DNA of 64,000 bases. Source: an uncultured Acidobacteriota bacterium (GTDB lineage: Bacteria > Acidobacteriota > Terriglobia > Terriglobales > Acidobacteriaceae). The stretch's first letter is position 1, and every line of letters begins with the position of its first letter. Below are positions 1 through 12,039 of the stretch, one piece after another. Below the pieces are notes generated by a model that saw only the letters and a program-made list of their open reading frames with translations, ran no database searches and was not told where the DNA came from. The position numbers were made by a program, and so were the translations under genes. The stretch is from positions 7,751 through 71,750 of the forward strand of contig CAWAZO010000008.1 in the NCBI GenBank assembly GCA_963786555.1, given 5' to 3'.

Positions 1-2
1 GC

Positions 3-921
3 GTGGAAGACATTCCGGAGTATCTGCGGAACGTGACCGGTGGACGCCCGCTGCCCGAGCCAATCGTGCGCGAGGTGGAGCATCGTTATAGCCTGATCGG
101 GCGCTCGCCGCTTACCGAGATCACCCTTCGCCAGGCGGAAGGCGTTGCCCGTGCAAGCGGCCTGCCGGTTTACGTCGGAATGCGCAACTGGCGTCCCTAC
201 ATTGGCGACACGGTGCGCAAGATGGCCGAGGACGGCATCACCCACGCGGTCGTCATCTGCCTGGCGCCGCATAATTCGCGGACCAGCGTGGGGCTCTACG
301 GGCGCGCGCTTTGCACCGCCCCGGCCGACGGGAACGCGGATGCCAGACTCCCATTCACGATTGATTTCGTCGAGAGCTGGCACGATCGATCCGCTGCTGA
401 TCAAGGCTTTTGCTCAAAGGCTGCGCGAAGGCTGGCAGAGGGCCTGTGCCGAGGCTGGCGGCCGGCTTCCGGTGATATTTACCGCTCACAGCGTGCCGTT
501 GCGCACCATCGCCGAGGGCGATCCCTATGAGGTCCAGACGCGAGAGACCGCCGCGTTGGTCGCCGACGGCGTTCCGGAGATCGCCCGGGGCGAGTGGCGC
601 TTCGCCTTCCAAAGTCAGGGAATGTCCGGCGGAGAGTGGTTGGGGCCGACCGTCGAAGAGACCATGCTAGGGTTGAAAGCAGCCGGCCAGACAGGGGTTT
701 TTCTGCAGCCGATTGGCTTTGTTTGCGACCATGTCGAGATTCTTTACGACATTGACATCGCTTTCCGCCGCTTTGCGGAAGAAAAAGGGCTGCGGCTGTG
801 GCGGGCGGAATCTTTGAACGATTCCCCTGCATTCATTCAGGCGGTGGCGGCCTTGGCGGCCGAGCGTCTGCCGAGGCGCTGCCAGCGCGCCGGCGATCCC
901 GGAGGCGGGCGGCAGCCATGA
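3..921 (+). CDS. hemH: Ferrochelatase (HemH/CpfC type), 5' end cut by window edge; one apparent frame break near 385-392
   Basis: ORFs 3..530 and 145..921 are consecutive parts of one protein in two frames (...FTIDFVESWHD then PLLIKAFAQRL...). GFVCDHVEILYDIDI ferrochelatase-type motif. Stop overlaps the next start (ATGA at 918-921). Confidence 0.85.
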
Positions 922-2350
922 TGCGAATCGCCATTGTGGGCGCGGGCATTTCCGGCCTGAGCGCGGCGCTGGCGCTGGAGAAGGCGCGCGCGCAAGGCGC
1001 TGCCCTCGACTATGTGCTGTTCGAGAGCGCTGCGCGGGTCGGCGGCTCGATGTTCTCCGAGCGCGTAGACGGATGCCTCGTCGAAGGCGGTCCCGATTCA
1101 TTTCTGACCGAAAAGCCCTGGGCGGCGATGCTTTGCCGGGAGCTGGGAATTGCAGACCGGCTGATCGGCTCCAACGATCATCTGCGCAAGACCTATATTC
1201 TGGTTCACAACCGGCTCATCGCCATGCCCGATGGCTTGCAGTTCATGGTGCCGACCAAAATCGTGCCCACGGCCATGTCTCCGTTGTTTTCCTGGGGCAC
1301 CAAGCTCAGGATGGCCGGCGAGTTATTGCATCCGCCGCGTCCCATGACCAGCGATGAGACGGTCGCCGAGATGGTCGAGCGCCACTTCGGCGCCGAGGTG
1401 GTTGACCGGTTGGCTGATCCTCTGCTGTCGGGAGTTTATGGCGGCGATGCGGCCAGCCTGAGCGCGCGCGCCGTGCTGCCGCGCTTTGTCGAGATGGAGG
1501 AGAAGTATGGCAGCTTGAGCCGGGCCATGCTGGCGGCTCGCAAGCGCATGAAGGCCGCCGCCGGGCAAACTCCACCTCGTCCGCTGTTCACCTCGCTCGA
1601 AGATGGCATGCAGCAGTTGGTCAGCGCCATCACCGCGAGGTTGACGCCGGCAAATATTCGCACTTCGACCCCGGTGTGCGCCGTTGCCCGCCGCGAGGAT
1701 CGATTGGGAGTTGCGGACCGAGAGCGGTCCGGAACTCTTCGACGGCTTGATCTTCGCCACTCCGGCGTGGGCGGCGGGGCAGTTGATTTCCGCCGTGGAT
1801 GACAGCCTGGGCGCGGATCTGGCGGCCATTCCTTACAGCTCCTCGATCACCGTGACCATGGGCTATAGCCAGGAGCAACTTCGCGCTCTGCCGCCGGGCT
1901 TTGGATTCCTGGTGCCGCGCAGCGAGCACCGCCGCATGCTGGCCTGCACCTTTGTCCACAATAAGTTTCCGCACCGCGCGCCCGACGGCAAGGGACTGCT
2001 GCGCTGCTTTCTCGGCGGGGCCACGGACGAGGCCGCGCTCGATCTGAGCGACGGCGAAGTGGAGAAAATTGTGCGCCGGGAGCTGAAAGAGCATCTTGCG
2101 GCTCGACACGGAGCCGCGCTTCATCCGGGTTTATCGCTGGCGCCGCGCCATGGCCCAGTACAGCGTCGGCCATCTCGATCGCGTCGCTCGCATTGAAGCC
2201 GCCGCCGAACGGCTTCCGGGTTTTGCCATCGCCGGAAATTGCTTCCGGGGTATCGGCGTGCCGGACTGCATTCGCACCGGACAGGCGGCTGCCGCATCCG
2301 TGGCAAAGCTGGCACCAGAGGCGCAGCGGGGTCTCCGACACGTGCCGTAG
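918..2350 (+). CDS. hemY: HemY-type protoporphyrinogen/coproporphyrinogen oxidase (FAD); two apparent frame breaks near 1690 and 2100
   Basis: N-terminal dinucleotide fold MMRIAIVGAGISGLSAA. Protein continues across ORFs 798..1802, 1684..2196 and 2096..2350 (...GFGFLVPRSEHRRMLACTFVHNKFPHRAP..., ...YRWRRAMAQYSVGHLDRV...AGNCFRGIGVPDCI). Translationally coupled to hemH. Confidence 0.8.
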
Positions 2351-2467
2351 TTGCGCGTGTTGGGGCAGACAGCCGGTGCGGTGACTGGCGGCGGCCAGCA
2401 AGGATTTTTAGAGCCAGAACATCGGCAGAGGCGCGGCATTCACTCCGCTTATCTCAGTTCCCGAGTA

Positions 2468-2664
2468 GGTGTATCCCGACATATCAAACTGTCATGGCGA
2501 GCGAAGTCGAGCCACCTTGTGTTCCTGTCGCCAAAAACAAAAGGTGGCTCCACTCCGCGCCTTGCTGATCGAATGTAACGTCGGGTACGCAGCTCGGCTG
2601 CTCCGGCCACGGGCGCTTGGCGCTCCGGTCGCCATGACATTCTTTTGGAACTGTGGGATACACC
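2468..2664. repeat. Nested palindromic MITE/REP-like element in the hemY-gyrB spacer
   Basis: Outer inverted repeats ggtgtatccc (2468-2477) / gggatacacc (2655-2664). Inner inverted repeats tgtcatggcga (2490-2500) / tcgccatgaca (2629-2639). Internal hairpin gagccacctt (2509-2518) / aaggtggctc (2541-2550). Confidence 0.6.
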
Positions 2665-2882
2665 AACCAGGGAACCGCCGTCGCCTTTTTTAACCCCACC
2701 GCAGCGAAACCTGATCGATCCAGCCCGCCCATCAGACGCGTGGCCTGAGGCTGAGCCGCGGCTTCGAGAGCCGGTTTTCTCCGGCTATCGCATGGAATTT
2801 GTCTCCCGGAAAGCCGGTCGGGCGAGGCCTGCGCGGCTTTGGATTGCGGACCGGCCAGAGCCCGGGGAAAAGCGCTCCGGCG

Positions 2883-2891
2883 TGGTATAAT
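2883..2891 (+). promoter_or_regulatory. Candidate extended -10 promoter element upstream of gyrB
   Basis: tggtataat = TGnTATAAT in an AT-rich patch about 265 nt upstream of the gyrB start. No good -35 seen. Confidence 0.35.
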
Positions 2892-3109
2892 AACCATAGC
2901 TCGTTTGCCTCTAAGTGATTGGATTTTAAACTAGATGAGTTGCTTTGCGGAGCTGGCTGCGAGACAGAAACCTCGGCCACAATTGCCAGGGCGTCAGTGG
3001 CGACCGCGAGCCCAGCCCAAGCGCCGCGATCCACGGCGTTTGTTGGGGACCCCGAATTCGAACGGAGCAGGATGTCTCCCAAGCAGATTTCAACCGTAAT
3101 TGAAGCTGA

Positions 3110-5716
<2,607 letters not shown>

Positions 5717-5761
5717 CTGCCACCGGCGATGCCTTCCTGGCATCGCCGGCAGGGTTTCAGG

Positions 5762-5788
5762 GCAGCCGCTCCGGGCTGCTCTTTTTTT
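5762..5788 (+). terminator. Rho-independent terminator after gyrB
   Basis: gcagcc-gctccg-ggctgc followed by tcttttttt. Preceded by a second hairpin ccggcgatgcc/ggcatcgccgg at 5723-5749. Confidence 0.7.
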
Positions 5789-5857
5789 GCTTCAGGCACA
5801 GTCAGACCGGATTCGCGGAAATGTATCCGGCGAAGGAGCCAGGTTTCCACGCCCGGT

Positions 5858-5900
5858 GGCCGGGGTCCCCAACAAGCCCGCTGTTGGCTTGCTGGGTGGA
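5858..5900. repeat. GC-rich hairpin (REP-like) repeat, single copy of the family also seen at 34098-34194
   Basis: ggccggggtccccaacaagcccgctgttggcttgctgggtgga is similar to agccggggtccccgaccagcctgctgttgggctggttggggtgaa. Stem ccccaacaagcc / ggcttgctgggt. Confidence 0.55.
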
Positions 5901-6009
5901 GGTGCGAGTGCCAGATACCTCAATCTTGGAACTGCTCTAGCTACTACTTACCCGTGGCCTTCAGCAATGGTGTGCGTTACAGTTCTAGCTGCGCTCTGGC
6001 GCAACTATT

Positions 6010-7509
6010 ATGATTTCTTGCCAGGACGATTCCGCGATGAGCGTTGAGATTGATCACCGCCAGCAAACGGCTCTGCGCCAGCAAACGGCTCTGCCGCTGT
6101 GCGTCGATCTGGACGGGACGCTAATCCATGGCAATCTGCTGTGGGAATGTATCGTCTTGCTACTCAAGAGCAACGCCGCCTGCCTGTTGCTTTTGCCTTT
6201 CTGGCTGTTGACTGGCGGAAGAGCGAAGCTGAAGCGGCAACTGGCCCGCCGGACGCTGCTCGAACCAAAAAACATTTCGTACAACCAGGAGCTGATCGAG
6301 TTTCTGCAAACGGAACATGAACGCGGACGTCAGATCGTTCTCGCCACAGCCTCTGACCAGCAACTGGCGGAAAAAATTGCCGCGCATACAGCTCTGTTTG
6401 ACCAGGTTTACGGCACTCGTGACGGGCGAAACCTGAAAGGGCGCACCAAAGCAGACTTTCTTCTTGCCACATTTGGGAAGCGCGCATTCGACTATGCGGG
6501 AGACTCCGCTTCCGACATGCCCGTTTGGAGGGTCGCCAATGCCGCTTATGTCGTGGGTTCCAAAGCAACTGCCGATCGGGTCGCTGCCGTCGCCGAAGTA
6601 CGCCGTTGGTTTCCGCGCAAGGACCGCAATCTCACATGCTGGTCGCGAGCGATTCGCATCCGCCACTGGAGCAAGAATCTGCTGATGCTGGCTCCCCTGA
6701 TGCTGGCGCATCGGCTCGCCTGGTCTTTGCTGCTCACCACGTTTTTGGGAATGGTTCTGTTTGGTTTGTGTTCTTCAGGGGTTTATATTCTCAACGATTT
6801 GCTGGATTTGCACTCCGACCGTGCGCACCCCTGGAAGAGTTCCAGACCCTTTGCCACCGGAGAACTCTCGATCCTCTCGGGCATCGTGACCTCCCTGCTT
6901 CTGCTGGGCGGCGCACTCGGGCTCGGCACCGTGATCCTGAATGGGCGTTTTGCCGGGGCGCTTGCCCTCTATGCGGTCATTGCGATCTGGTATTCACTGC
7001 GGCTAAAGAGGATTGCAATCTTCGACGTATTCGTTCTGTCCAGCTTCTATACCTTTCGCATCTGGGCGGGCGCTCTAATCACGGACACACCACTTTCCCA
7101 GTGGTTCCTGGGTTTTTCGCTGTTCTTTTTTTTGAGCCTGGCGATGGCGAAGAGGTATTCAGAGCTGGTGCACGCGGCGGAGCTGGCTGACAGTGGCAAT
7201 TCAGGCCGCAGCTACCGCGCCGAAGATCGCGCACTGCTCATGAACATCGGCGTGGCAAGCTGCTTCTCGGCAATTGTGATTCTGAGCCTCTACGTGCACA
7301 GTAACGAGGTCCTGGCACTGTATCCGAGACCGGAACTGCTGCTGCTCACCTGTCCGCTGATACTGTACTGGACCTGCCGCATCTGGCTCAAAGCGCATCG
7401 CGGCGAACTGAATGAAGATCCCGTCAACCTTGCGCTCCGCGACCCGGTCAGCTATGGCGTCGCCGCGGTTGGCCTGGCGATCATGCTGGCTTCGTCTTGC
7501 AGGCTCTAG
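6010..7509 (+). CDS. HAD-phosphatase / UbiA-family polyprenyl-phosphate phosphoribosyltransferase fusion (Rv3806c-like)
   Basis: N-terminal HAD motif I CVDLDGTLIHGN. C-terminal multi-TM UbiA domain with NDLLDLHSDRAHPWKSSRPFATGE. Sits directly upstream of DprE1/DprE2 homologs. Confidence 0.8.
   Translation: MISCQDDSAMSVEIDHRQQTALRQQTALPLCVDLDGTLIHGNLLWECIVLLLKSNAACLLLLPFWLLTGGRAKLKRQLARRTLLEPKNISYNQELIEFLQTEHERGRQIVLATASDQQLAEKIAAHTALFDQVYGTRDGRNLKGRTKADFLLATFGKRAFDYAGDSASDMPVWRVANAAYVVGSKATADRVAAVAEVRRWFPRKDRNLTCWSRAIRIRHWSKNLLMLAPLMLAHRLAWSLLLTTFLGMVLFGLCSSGVYILNDLLDLHSDRAHPWKSSRPFATGELSILSGIVTSLLLLGGALGLGTVILNGRFAGALALYAVIAIWYSLRLKRIAIFDVFVLSSFYTFRIWAGALITDTPLSQWFLGFSLFFFLSLAMAKRYSELVHAAELADSGNSGRSYRAEDRALLMNIGVASCFSAIVILSLYVHSNEVLALYPRPELLLLTCPLILYWTCRIWLKAHRGELNEDPVNLALRDPVSYGVAAVGLAIMLASSCRL
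6058..6093 (+). repeat. Perfect 18-nt in-frame tandem duplication inside the 5' end of the HAD-UbiA gene
   Basis: cgccagcaaacggctctg x2 (6058-6075, 6076-6093), giving RQQTAL RQQTAL. Confidence 0.9.
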
Positions 7510-7626
7510 ACGGGCTTCGCGGAAGGTGTATTCCTGAAGAGAGCCAAGCGGTGTGATAGCAGAAATACACGAACTCCAGAATCGCTGAGCTGGAGTTGAT
7601 AAGTCACGAGGTTTTTCCAGATTCCT

Positions 7627-9000
7627 ATGTCGAATGCCAAATCTGATGACGAATCAGGTTCCCAACTAATATTGCAACCGCCGGTCACTTCCTATCGTTC
7701 ATGGGGACGATATCCCTTGGCCGCCCACCGCAATGTATACAGGCCAAATTGGGCCGACGAACTCGGCCGCTTTGATGATGCCGACGCTCCCGTGCTCGCC
7801 GTTGGATTGCGCCGCAGCTATGGTGACTCCTGCCTGAATGACGGCGGATACCTGATCGACGTCACTGCCATGGATCACGTGATGTCGTTCGACCGAGCCT
7901 TAGGACTCATTCGTTGCGCGGCCGGAGTATCGCTGGCCACCATCTTGCAGTTAGCGGTTCCTCAGGGTTGGTTTCTGCCGGTAACACCGGGAACGAAGTT
8001 TGTGACCATCGCCGGCGCCATTGCCAATGACGTGCATGGCAAGAACCATCACTGCGCGGGAACCATGGGGCGCCACGTAAAGCAGTTCGAATTATTGCGC
8101 AGCGATGGCAGCCGCTTCATCTGCTCGCCGACAAAAAATGCGGAGTGGTATGCCGCCACCATCGGCGGGCTGGGACTGACCGGCATCATTCTCTGGGCGG
8201 AGATACAACTGAAGAAGATTCGCTCCAGTAAGATCGCGCTCGACACCATCACTTTTCGAAGCCTTACTGAATTTCTGGATATTACCAGGGAAAGCGAACA
8301 AGCCGGTTTCGACTACACGGTTGCGTGGATTGACTGCCTTTCCGGCCGGAATGCCCGCGGACTCTTTCACCGCGGCAAACATGCGGAGACCGGCGAACTC
8401 GTGGCCAAGGGTGCAAACGACGCAAAGCTCAAGGTGCCATTCGCGTTTCCCGAGTTTGCGCTCAACCGGGTCACTGTCAAGGCATTTAATCTGCTGTACT
8501 ACGCGCTCAAAGCGAGGAAGCCGCAGACGCAGACGGTGGACTACGGTCCGTTCTTCTATCCCCTGGATGCCGTCCGCGAGTGGAACCTCATCTATGGCAA
8601 GCGCGGGCTAACGCAGTATCAATGCGTCGTTCCGGAAACTGAATCGGAAGCGTTTCAGGAAATTTTGCGCACGATCTCCAGCTCCGGCGAAGGCTCGTTT
8701 CTCGGCGTGATCAAGAAGTTCGGCGACATCGCGTCACCGGGAATGATGTCGTTCCCCCGGCCGGGGCTGACATTGGCGCTGGATTTTCCGTTTCGCGGCG
8801 AGCGCACGCTCCATCTGTTTGAACGCCTGGATCGCATCGTGCTGAACGCACACGGAGCGCTTTATCCAGCCAAGGATGCACGCATGAGCCGCGATATGTT
8901 TGAAGCATCGTACCCGAATCTGGAACGTTTCCGGGCATTCGTGGACCCGCACCTTTCGTCCGGTTTCTGGCGCCGGGTGCGGAGAGAGGATGGAAGGTGA
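7627..9000 (+). CDS. dprE1: FAD-dependent decaprenylphosphoryl-beta-D-ribose 2'-oxidase homolog (DprE1-like)
   Basis: GLRRSYGDSCLNDGGYLIDVT, PGTKFVTIAGAIANDVHGKNHHCAG, FFYPLDAVREWNLIYGKRGLTQYQCVVP and SFPRPGLTLALDFP align by eye with M. tuberculosis DprE1 over the full length. 457 aa. Confidence 0.85.
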   Translation: MSNAKSDDESGSQLILQPPVTSYRSWGRYPLAAHRNVYRPNWADELGRFDDADAPVLAVGLRRSYGDSCLNDGGYLIDVTAMDHVMSFDRALGLIRCAAGVSLATILQLAVPQGWFLPVTPGTKFVTIAGAIANDVHGKNHHCAGTMGRHVKQFELLRSDGSRFICSPTKNAEWYAATIGGLGLTGIILWAEIQLKKIRSSKIALDTITFRSLTEFLDITRESEQAGFDYTVAWIDCLSGRNARGLFHRGKHAETGELVAKGANDAKLKVPFAFPEFALNRVTVKAFNLLYYALKARKPQTQTVDYGPFFYPLDAVREWNLIYGKRGLTQYQCVVPETESEAFQEILRTISSSGEGSFLGVIKKFGDIASPGMMSFPRPGLTLALDFPFRGERTLHLFERLDRIVLNAHGALYPAKDARMSRDMFEASYPNLERFRAFVDPHLSSGFWRRVRREDGR

Positions 9001-9740
9001 GCCAGAGAATCGTGGTGCTGGGGGCAACTTCGAAGATTGCCCAGGAAATTGCTCGCCTGGCGGCGGCAGACCGCAAGCAATTCCTGCTGGTGGGTCGTCG
9101 CCCGGGGCGCTTGGCTACCGTCGCCGGAGATCTGGCCGCTCGCGGCGCCGCCGCCGTGGATTGCGTGTCGGCCGACCTGGCGGACATCGCATCTCATCCG
9201 GCGCTGGTCGAAGAAGTTCTGGCCAAGATGCCGGACTTCGACACCATCGTGCTGGCCTATGGCACGCTCGGCGAACAGGCGCGGGCGGAGAACTCAGCCG
9301 AGTATGCGTTCAGTGAGTTGACCACGAATTTCACCAGCGCAGTGTCGCTACTGACGCGGTTTTCCACGCTCCTCATGCCGCGCCGCGCCGGGTGCATCGC
9401 GGTCATTACGTCGGTCGCCGGCGACCGTGCGCGGCGCTCCAACTACATCTATGGGACGGCAAAAGGCGCGCTGGCTCTGTTCACACAGGGCTTACGTGCC
9501 AAACTCTTTTCTGCCGGTATACGAGTCCTTACAATCAAACCCGGGCCGGTTGCCACCCCCATGACGGCGAACCTGCCGGCGCGCTCGAAGTTTGCCAACC
9601 CGGAAACGGTGGCGCGCACCATCTATCGCGAGCTCGAAGACGGTCACCGCGACATCCTTTATGTCCCGGGCTACTGGCGCTGGGTGATGTTGGCAATTCG
9701 ACATATCCCGGAGAGCATCGGTAAGAAGTTGAAGTTCTGA
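8997..9740 (+). CDS. dprE2: Short-chain dehydrogenase, decaprenylphospho-2'-keto-ribose reductase homolog (DprE2-like)
   Basis: VVLGATSKIAQEIA; SNYIYGTAKGAL (YxxxK). C-terminus WRWVMLAIRHIPESIGKKLKF resembles the DprE2 tail. GTGA overlap with the dprE1 stop. Confidence 0.8.
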   Translation: MSQRIVVLGATSKIAQEIARLAAADRKQFLLVGRRPGRLATVAGDLAARGAAAVDCVSADLADIASHPALVEEVLAKMPDFDTIVLAYGTLGEQARAENSAEYAFSELTTNFTSAVSLLTRFSTLLMPRRAGCIAVITSVAGDRARRSNYIYGTAKGALALFTQGLRAKLFSAGIRVLTIKPGPVATPMTANLPARSKFANPETVARTIYRELEDGHRDILYVPGYWRWVMLAIRHIPESIGKKLKF

Positions 9741-9821
9741 ACCATGCTGCACGGATCGCGATCCACCTGCTCCGGCTAGCACGTTTCTGGAGCTGTATAT
9801 CCGGAAAGAAGTGGAAATGCT

Positions 9822-11666
9822 TTATGGGAGGCTCTCCTGCGGTATCTTGACATAGGAGACCGGAACTTCCTTTTTTCGGACATACACCGTCAACTCACCG
9901 AAGGAGTCGATGCGTTGGTAGGTGTTCGTGTGCTCGATGTAAAAACCCACCAATTCCATTCGACTGTAATCGTCCTTCAGGAAGATCAGCAGATCGGGGT
10001 CCGCCCGCTGAAAGGTCAAAAGCATTCGGAGAAGCCGATCGCGTGGGAACAAATTGCCGGTATCCCAGAGCAGCGGCATACCCGGGATCAAAGGTTGGTT
10101 GAATACCGCGTATGCAAACTCCATTCGAGGGCCGAAGAAGACCGTTTTTGCCGGATAGCGCGAGAGTACCTCTTCGGATTGCGCAAGCACTCTTTGCAGA
10201 CGCGGCCCCGCTCGCAGCCCCGCGAAGAAGCCACTCTGGATAGTCCGGGTTGGAAGCAGTTCGTAGTACGTCCCCTCGCCAATCAAATAAATTCTGAGAT
10301 GGGTGAAGCAGAACCATGCCGACATCACCAGAGAGACGGTGAGAAAACTCGCCAGCACGATTTTTCTGCGCGCGCTGGGCTCCGCATCTTCCCACGGGCG
10401 CAGGCAAAGGAAGGCAGCGGCCGTTAGCAGAATGCTGAGATCGCTGTGCTTCGACTCGGCATTGGTGCAGGCCATGAGCAGCGCGGCGGCAGCGGCAATG
10501 GTGCAGACGGCAAGCTGGCGCCAGCGCTTGGGCTGACGCCGCACGGAGACCGTAAGCAGCGCGGCAAAGCCGAGTACATTCAGAATCGTGAAGAGGTATT
10601 GGAAATCTCTTTCAGGCCACGCCATCTGATGGAAGGGCACAAGACTGAGCGGACTTCCCCTGAGCTTGGCAACTTCCGCATAAGAGTGGAGCAGATCGGT
10701 TGGCGGCATCTGCGCGGCGGAGCACACCAGCAGAAAGAGTCCGAACGCAATCGCGCAAGCGGCGAGCGTCTTTGCCCATTGCCGTTTGTCTTTCGTGGCC
10801 AGCAATACGAGCACCATAAGACAGGCGGGTAGGACATTGGGCTTGGAGCCCAGAACCATGGCCAGCGCGAGAGGCAAACTGATCCACGACAGCCACTGCT
10901 TCGGCTCCTGCAAGCAGGCCAGGACGGAAAGAAGAAGCAGTACGACCGCGATGTAACTGGAATTGTTGTACCACCAGAAAGGAATCGTCAGCATGGTGCA
11001 GGCTTCCACGCAGGCGATAATTGCCAGCGCCCAATGGCGTGGCACGGCGGCGCAGCGCAGCAGCCCGAAGCTCCATAGAGAGGTGAGCGTGGCAAAGATT
11101 GCCGGTAGAAAAAGCAGGGAGGCCCATCGCAAGCCGAGCAGCTTTACATCCCACCGGATGCAGGCCATAAAGAATGGAGGCATGGTGCAGGGAAAATCGG
11201 CATATGGTTTGAACCCCTGCGCGTAGTAATTGGCGGCGTGGACAAGCAGGCCCTCATCGAAGCCGCCGAACTGATACGTTCCAAGTTGGTAGACGGCGGG
11301 AAAGATGAGTATGGCCGAGAGCCAGATGAGCCCGGGCGAGCAAAAGAACCGGTGCAACCGCCATCGTCCGGCAAAGCCGGCGTAAAGCGCGATGAGGGCA
11401 ACCGAAACAAAAATAATGAATGCGTACTCGGCCGCCTGAATCCTCGCCAGTCGCGTCGTCGCATGAAGTCGGCTGCGAAAGAGCAGGCCGGCCGCTGCCA
11501 AAACCGCAGCTACCGCGGCAATTCGCAAAGCCGACCTGGTGCCCCGAATCTGGCGGCCATGGCGCGTCTGGAGTTCCAGCATCCTCCGATTTTTGCACAC
11601 GTGTTTCTCACCCACAATGGCAATACCACGGTATAGGAAGCCTCCACTCTGTATTGTTACAAGCAC
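9822..11666 (-). CDS. Polytopic GT-C type membrane glycosyltransferase candidate (ArnT/PMT-like); start uncertain (GTG 11666 or ATG 11582)
   Basis: About 12 predicted TM stretches. First-loop acidic motif GGFDEGLLVHAANYYAQGFKPYADF. Soluble C-terminal domain. Paralog at 52739..54697. Confidence 0.55.
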   Translation of the reverse strand: MLVTIQSGGFLYRGIAIVGEKHVCKNRRMLELQTRHGRQIRGTRSALRIAAVAAVLAAAGLLFRSRLHATTRLARIQAAEYAFIIFVSVALIALYAGFAGRWRLHRFFCSPGLIWLSAILIFPAVYQLGTYQFGGFDEGLLVHAANYYAQGFKPYADFPCTMPPFFMACIRWDVKLLGLRWASLLFLPAIFATLTSLWSFGLLRCAAVPRHWALAIIACVEACTMLTIPFWWYNNSSYIAVVLLLLSVLACLQEPKQWLSWISLPLALAMVLGSKPNVLPACLMVLVLLATKDKRQWAKTLAACAIAFGLFLLVCSAAQMPPTDLLHSYAEVAKLRGSPLSLVPFHQMAWPERDFQYLFTILNVLGFAALLTVSVRRQPKRWRQLAVCTIAAAAALLMACTNAESKHSDLSILLTAAAFLCLRPWEDAEPSARRKIVLASFLTVSLVMSAWFCFTHLRIYLIGEGTYYELLPTRTIQSGFFAGLRAGPRLQRVLAQSEEVLSRYPAKTVFFGPRMEFAYAVFNQPLIPGMPLLWDTGNLFPRDRLLRMLLTFQRADPDLLIFLKDDYSRMELVGFYIEHTNTYQRIDSFGELTVYVRKKEVPVSYVKIPQESLP

Positions 11667-12039
11667 ATCGTCAACGACTATCTCAGCCGGTTGAGAAGAA
11701 GAGCTTACCGAAGTTTGACAGTTACGCGAGCCTGTACCCGATTACTCGAGCTGGTTTCAAAAACATCCTTATAGCTACAGGAATCATGTGTGTGCCCTCA
11801 GGGCAGGTGAAATCATTATCATGCGGAATGGGCAACTCTTCTTTGATGATCCGCTGCTGCGGATTCACCCCCCGAAGGTCGCATCCTCAGATCAGCCGGT
11901 GATTCACCCGCGACATATAGCGTATTTGATCTGTTGGCAGACGATAAAAGCATGGCCCAAATAGCCGGCCAGGCTAGAGCTGGTTGCATCGTTGGGTTGG
12001 GCAAGAGCCGGAAGGTGATAACTCCGGGATATGTCCCGT

